Notes under the pieces: model-generated
The model's input: the letters and a program-made list of their open reading frames with translations, nothing else
The model's database searches: none
Told to the model about the DNA's origin: nothing
Program-made: the position numbers and the translations under genes
Shown here: one piece after another, positions 57,471 to 64,000 of the stretch
Layout of the letters: each line of letters opens with the position of its first letter
Position numbering within the stretch: the first letter of the stretch is position 1
DNA from: Eutreptiella sp. 'Long Island Sound 2002'
Taxonomy: Eukaryota; Protista; Euglenida
Assembly: GCA_964036045.1 (NCBI GenBank)
Contig: OZ038378.1
Location: forward strand, 181,908,001 to 181,972,000
Reading direction: 5' to 3'
DNA: 64,000 bases

Positions 57471-60400
57471 CCATGCCGGCACGGGTGGTGCTGCCGGTAC
57501 CGACATGCACGACAAGCCATGCCACACGCGACTGCGAATGGCAACAACTCTGAGTCCGCCACCTGTGGCATCCAAACACCTTCAGCCGGGACCCAGACAG
57601 CGGAATGGATAGCCAACCACCGTCACCACCTATGCCCAAGCAGCAATAGTGGAAGCCGGCGACATCGACACCAACGACGAGGGAGGCGGAGGCTAGAGGC
57701 GGAGACCGTGGCTCTTGAGGTATACGAAACGGACCCGATGGAGCGGGGCAGTCGATTCTACGAGAACATGACAACAACATCACCAAACCCCGGAAATCAC
57801 AACCCATGGTTGGCGCTCAAGCCCGACAAGAGCCTATGCCGAATGCCGCTCAAGTACTAGACCCTCACAACTTCCGAGACGTAGCCCCAGTGGAGCCCTC
57901 ACAAGAAATCTCTGGACCGAAAAGGAGCAGGGGGAGGACGAGGAGTCACAATGTAGGACCTCGAACTCGCAGACAGTGAGGCCTTGGTGGACGCATGCTT
58001 TGACGAAAGCTCCAGATCACGAGAGCTCGCACATCACACCCGGATCGAATTACTGGGCAAGCGGCCGGCCAAAGGGGACCCGGGTGTTGATGGCAAACAA
58101 CACCACGGCGAGCCCAAGCCAAAAATCACTTGCCGATCACGCTTTCCAATGCAAGAGGAACCGGATGACATCAGAGAGGAAGGAGAACTTTCTGGGCAAA
58201 TCCTCAGATTGCTGCAGAACCTAATTGTGCACGAGGAAGTGATTCTATCGAATCGAAACAAGTATGATTCTTGAAATGATGCGTGCAAAGAGCTTGTCAA
58301 AAATGGTACTAATGACAGAACACCATGAGTTTCAATTGCAAGTAACTGGAAAGGTGCTTCAAGAAGGGCTGCTTAGGAATGAAGCTAAAAATGGCAGCAT
58401 GTTTGAGGGTCGTTTCTTGTATGGCTGACAGTCGAATTGTTGCGGATTAACGGATCGGTGATTGATTCATACCACGAAGGAAGCAAATGGCAGCAGGCGG
58501 CGCAATGATAAAATAAGAGTTGCAGACTAGCACCATACAGACCATTCTACTTTCTCACAGGGCTTGGCTGCATGTTGCGCGGAATTCATAAATGTAAACA
58601 TCAACGACTTGAAGACCGATGATATCATCGGATGTTTAAGAAATGGCCGAATTGCAGTGAACTGTAACGTCAAACGACTTACATCTCAAATCGTGGTTTA
58701 TGCGAAATTACAAAACCAATTTACAGGTCTTTCATCCCTCCTTCGTGTGCTTTGGTGCACAAACTTGCCTCATTTTGTTCTTCTGCCGCGGGTGAATTGG
58801 TATGCAACCGTTCTCGCTGCCATCTTAAAATGGGGTCAATGCCACAAAATTGCTAGATACAAATTGCTTGATACTACAAATTGCTTGTGCATTGCGCATG
58901 TAGATACACAGGTAACTTTCGCCGCTTCTCCTCCAAGCACTCCTCGACTCATCGAATGTCCTACCTTGTCCCATATGCTTGTCAATTAGGGTTGGTGCAC
59001 TGGATGATGCCATCTGTAAAAATTTTGGAATCAAGAAAAGAAGTATTGGAGGCACTACGACAAATGCAGAAAGCTTGGCAAGAACAAGCGCAAATGACAT
59101 TTGAAGACTGGGGATATTCGTCCGAACTAGTAGGCATGATGGACAATATTACATGGTATACAACCTCTCAATTACCTCCGTGCCCCCATTGTTTGAAGGA
59201 CATGAATGTGTTTGTCATGTAGTGACTTACTCCAAAGATGCATAGTCTGCGAGTGATTTGCTTTTGCAGTCTTGGATGATTCGGTATGTGAAGAACGTGG
59301 GGACCATGTGTTTGCATTGTTTTGATGTAGGTCATCACCCAAAGAAGATATTGTCAACGCGTTGGAAGAATACATTGAGAAGACTGTTGAGGGAAATAAC
59401 AACAGGTTTCCTCATGCACGCATACTTGCTCACGTGTGGGATGGCTATCGGGCAACATGTGTTCGTCTTATGAATCACCGCCATTTGTGGCATGGGTCGC
59501 ATGGTGACAGGAAAATTTGATTTTTGAAAAGAAAATTGTGACCATTGTTGGCCTCCTTTACAGAGTGGCATTTTTCAAACAAGTCCTTAGTGTTAACAGC
59601 CGAGAAACACCGTGTGTTTGGGGAAACATTCCAAAAATGAGAGGGCCGTTTAGCCTGAGCAATCTTGGGAGCGCATACACTTGCGTACCCACTACCTCTC
59701 TTCACAGGTACCTCCGCATAATTGCCGGAGTGAATCAGTGGATGGGCCCCAACACTCAGAAACTGATGGAACCAGTGCCAGGATGTGAAGAGGACACTAT
59801 CACAGTGGTGGCATTTGGCAACTATCACCCCATATCTGCATGCGCCTTGATCTTTGAGGACACAACGGTGCGCTGCATAAGTGCACAACAACGCGACTGC
59901 GAAACGGACTTTCGACCTTTGTTGGAAACCATTGTTTTCAATACTTGCAAGAATATGGGGTATACCACATCCGGTATGTGCGCTAGTAGCTATTGTTTGC
60001 ATTGATGACACATACAATCTTTGGCATTACTTCATTCATTTGTCCTCAATCATGCATCGCCGATAGTGTCTAGCTTTTTGTCTCGCGGCTAATTTTTCTC
60101 ATGCGGTTGCATGCTTTGGGCTTTGTAGATGTATTTGACCCGCAGGCACAAGCACCGTAGCTTCGTCACAAAGGTCTCCACACATGCACGTCCTGGTATG
60201 CATATGCAATGTTCGGCAGTCCATTCGAGCTCACTCTTATGATACACCCTGGTGTTCCACTGAACCATTGTTATCCACCTTTTGGCCTGTTGTATTCAAC
60301 ACCCTGGTGTTTGCATCGTACAGTACAGGTTGGGCGCGGGGGGGGGGGGGGGGCACCAAGCACAGTCCGTACCCATTGCACATGACAAGAGTGGCAACAA

Positions 60401-61249
60401 CCACCACAGGACTCCTGTGGCTTTGATTTTAATGCATGGTGGAGAGGACAGACAAATGGTGAATTGACAGATTGCATGCATGCATGACTGCAAGTTTTGC
60501 CTGCCTGCTTGCATGGGTGTGGAACCAAAACAATAGTAGCCGTGGGCTGGCAGGCATTTGGATTCGATGGTGTGCTTGAAAAAAAAAAAGGAGGAAAACC
60601 CTAGGTCTGTTGACAAAATGCCGCAAGTAGCAGCCATGAACCTTTTCGCCACTCTTGAAAACACCTAGCAGAGGTCTGCACCACATCAATTATAGTGTGT
60701 TCGTTGAAGAAGTTTCCATAGTGGGCAGGATCATGGAATTTTGCATGTCATGCTTTTTGTCCAACTGAGGATATCTGAAAACATGGTCAGTCTAAAATGT
60801 ACAACAAAAAACGGCCTTTCTGAAAAATGAGGCATTTTTTAAGAAGGGGCAAAAAATCTGCCAAGAGTGCCCCAGCACAAACCCGCCCCCATGTCTAGCC
60901 CCTGCCCAAGCAACAGTTCCATCATGCAAGCAGATAGTCAAAATGACTGTGCCCCCACCACTTGAGGGGAACTGCAGTCTTGTGGAACCAAAAAACCCTC
61001 AAAAAATGCATGAAGCTCTAAACGGGGGAGGGGAAGGCAAACGTTGCAATATGAATGCAACCATGGATATGCAACACATCAGAGCATGAAATGAATGGTG
61101 TGGCACACTACTCCTCCATCTACCACTCTCAGTGTAATTGGACATGAGTGTATTATTTCTTTCATGAAATTTTGCTATTGTACAGCTCCTGTGTGTTTAC
61201 TGGTGGGACAAGTCGCCCCCCCCCCCCCCCCCCGCCCGCCCCGCAAGTA

Positions 61250-61830
61250 CCCCTGGCCACTAGCGTTACAAAACGCTTGTCTAAAGTGGGTCACCACGGT
61301 AGTAATGCTGCAGTTGTCAGACACCATGCAGCAGCTAAAACCGCGTGAACAAAAGGGGTTTTTACCGGGGCGGCAGATGGTGGAGGACCATATCATTTTT
61401 GCAAGGTCAGAGTGGGAGAGATTGCCTGAGCAAATCATGGTGGCAGTAGATTTTCAAAAGGCTTATGGAAACTACTCTGCGAATTTTGGGGTTAAGGGAT
61501 GAGTACGTGTGGTTGCTTATGTTTGTCATTGCAGCGCCAATCTTGTTTTGCGTGGGCCAATCATTTGAGCCGAATATTCGACTACGGCCCAAATCGGGCA
61601 TAAGACAGGTGGATCCTCGTTCTCGACTGTTTTTTGATGTGGCAACAGTCCTTTTGATTTTTGATATAAAATCTTTGAAGGTGGAGCTTTCATTATTGTT
61701 ATATGTTGATGATCTGTTGCTCTGTGTGCCGGGGAGGGGGCCATAGCACGACAATGACCTGCGCTCGGCTATGTATCGACTGACATTTTTTAAGGTTGCG
61801 GGCCAATCATTCAAAGGGGGGATCACGGTG
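61250..61830 (+). mobile_element. Decayed L1/Tx1-like LINE reverse transcriptase, N-terminal part
   Basis: WPLALQNACLKW, EQKGFLPGRQM, VAVDFQKAY, SGIRQVDP, LLYVDDLLL. Frameshifted. Confidence 0.85.
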
Positions 61831-63339
61831 GTTTTGTCAAATGCGCTCTGCACCCACCAATGCAGGCCTCATCAAGGGTTCATGGTGTCCAAAACCCGTA
61901 ATTATCGGGCTCACAGGTCGCGCCTCTAAAACTACTCCATCTGTCATCCATCAGTCCATACTCTCTATGGTATATTTCGCCTACTGGTCCCTGCCACTCC
62001 AGGGCTAGGTCCCTCCTCCTTCTGTGTGTCATGCCACATTCACTGTGTACTGTACTTTCCCTCCTACCACCCTTGCATTCCATACGTGTGTAAGTTCAAT
62101 AGCAGAGCTCACATCGTGGGTGCATGTGCTAAAAACTCAGGATTCAGGGTCAGCAAACTGTGCGGGTCACCCAGGGCCGACGGCGTCGGCGTACTATGCG
62201 CCGTAAGGCGCTGACATTGGTGGAAAAGGATCGGATGGAGGCGCCCGAGTCTACATATGATCCTGATGTGGCGGCGTGAGCATGGGGGCAAGGTCTAATG
62301 ACATGAGAGGCGATGGGGGCCCGGATCGTGGTGTGCCACTGCTTGCAGTACTCCCTGCGGACAATCTGGGTATTTGCAGTTACTCTGGTGCAGCGAGCGG
62401 GATGCATAGTGGGGGCTTCGTAGCCGGCGCAACTTGCACGTTGAGCTGATGTCGGTGGAGAAGGAAAATGCCAAACCTGGCGTTGTACATGTTGTACCCG
62501 CGGTGGACTGTGCTAAAATCTCCCAGCTCCTCTGGGCGTGTAAAACTGGCAGATTCATCGTCCCCTGGCTTTGGGGTGGAGGCAATGGAGAGGGTGGAGT
62601 CCATGTCTGTGAAGATTCAGGATAAAACATCAAATGCCTGCGAACAGATTCAGTACAGTCTCGGGGCTCTGGAGGGGCGTGTGTGTCCCTGGGGTTTGAC
62701 ATAGAAAATTTGGGGGGGGGTCATGAAAGGACACTGGCCAATCGGCCTTGCTGTGCAAGATTGTTTGCCTCTTCGTTCCTTGGTATTCCCTGATGTGAGG
62801 GCACATGCAGCCACTCCAACACACCCACATGTGCATCGATGTGATCTAACAGCATGCTTCAGGGCTCTGCATGTACCACAAGCCCGGTGGTTGTGCGCCA
62901 TCCACGCGCAAGCTATTTTCGAACTTGGAGATTCATTCAAAGACACACGCAGTAGTTAGATTGAGGGGGCAGGAGGAATTGATGCCGGAAACAGTAGCCA
63001 ATTCAGTGGCTCTTGCCTCCACAACTGAATGTAGGCTGGTCTTATATTCATATCTGCGTGACACAGGGTCTGTTGGGTTCCATTTGGAAGGGACCTAGGA
63101 CAATGTGAAGCATAAGGCACTCCGGAGTGTGTGCTAGATGTGTTTCAAGCACGCGATGTGTTGTCTATGGTGTATTATGGCCTTATTGTGTAAGACCACC
63201 CATGGCCCTGCGAGGTTATATCCGACGACGTGCAGGTGCCGCCGCCCAATATGCACCGCCGCTTTTTCGCTAGTTACGTTGCCCTGAGGCCCACGTGATG
63301 CTGATTTGCGTCAGTCCCCGAGAGCCTCCACAATTGCGC

Positions 63340-64000
63340 ACCGACTTCATCTCCCCATAATCCTACACAATGCATCTTACCAGATATGGCCGCATCAACG
63401 TACCAGTGTGTTACCTGTCGGCACGAGCATACTGACCCTTGGAGCATGTGCTCACACAGTTGAACTTGGTGCACAGGATAGCGCTAAGGCTCCATAATTG
63501 GCATTTGACCATGCCCATTTTGCAACTACCCCCGGGGGAGGGAGGGCTGGGGCAGGCGAGTTTGGCCTCGTATGCGGAGTGGGTACTTCGCCATAGCTTT
63601 GTCAAGTATGTGCACCGGCCAGCACAGTTTGCTGAGCGACATGCAGGCCCTTTTCGGCAATGGGCGAACACAGTGAGGCTCCTGTTTGAGGACGACTTTT
63701 TACCATGTTTGCAAATGGGACCACTGCCGTTGTCCTGGCCGTCTTTTCTGCAAGGGCCTTTGAATTTGTACTCTGTAGTGCGCAGAGGAGGGGGGGGGGG
63801 GGCTCCCCCACGCCCGGCTCAGCGTTTATTTTAGATGCCAGTGCCGCATAATGTGTTGCTCCGCAACTCTCTGTCATTAACATTCCACTGTCCAGAGTTA
63901 CTGGTATTCATGAGGCAGATGCATTGGCCGAGCAGGGCCGACAGCAACATCCACACAAGCAGCAGCCATTGCCCAAACGGCCACGAATGGAAATGCTATG
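63340..64000 (+). mobile_element. Decayed LINE ORF2, region downstream of the RT core
   Basis: ILQLPPGEGGLGQASL matches the L.LP..xGGLG motif that follows the RT core in L1/Tx1 elements. Confidence 0.65.

Overview
Repeat-rich eukaryotic genomic DNA, probably from a protist (inferred from homopolymer and microsatellite density, mixed retroelements and absence of operons). There is a 200-nt assembly gap at 48524-48723. The main object is a ~6.4-kb Penelope-like retroelement (9816-16192). It has 334-bp pseudo-LTRs, (TG)n flanks and the Naiad/Chlamys-type domain order: N-terminal GIY-YIG, CxC linker, then RT. It carries several unusual extras: a separate Gag-like ORF1 (five Cys/His knuckles plus a coiled coil), a textbook -1 frameshift signal (T TTA AAT) placed exactly to fuse ORF1 to the EN-RT frame, a non-canonical RT motif C (FRDN, also kept with different codons in a divergent second element inserted next to it), and a tRNA-derived Pol III cassette in the 3' UTR. 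Upstream, between two TG tracts, lie a 96-bp satellite with ribozyme-like features and a 46-49-bp hairpin array. The middle of the window holds an EF-hand/PIP5-kinase gene and SWEET transporter copies rearranged by a ~6.3-kb tandem duplication with a chimeric junction, plus TIR/8-bp-TSD MITEs. The right part holds a Q-rich gene and decayed tyrosine-recombinase and LINE remnants. All calls come from reading the sequence by eye; no database searches were run.
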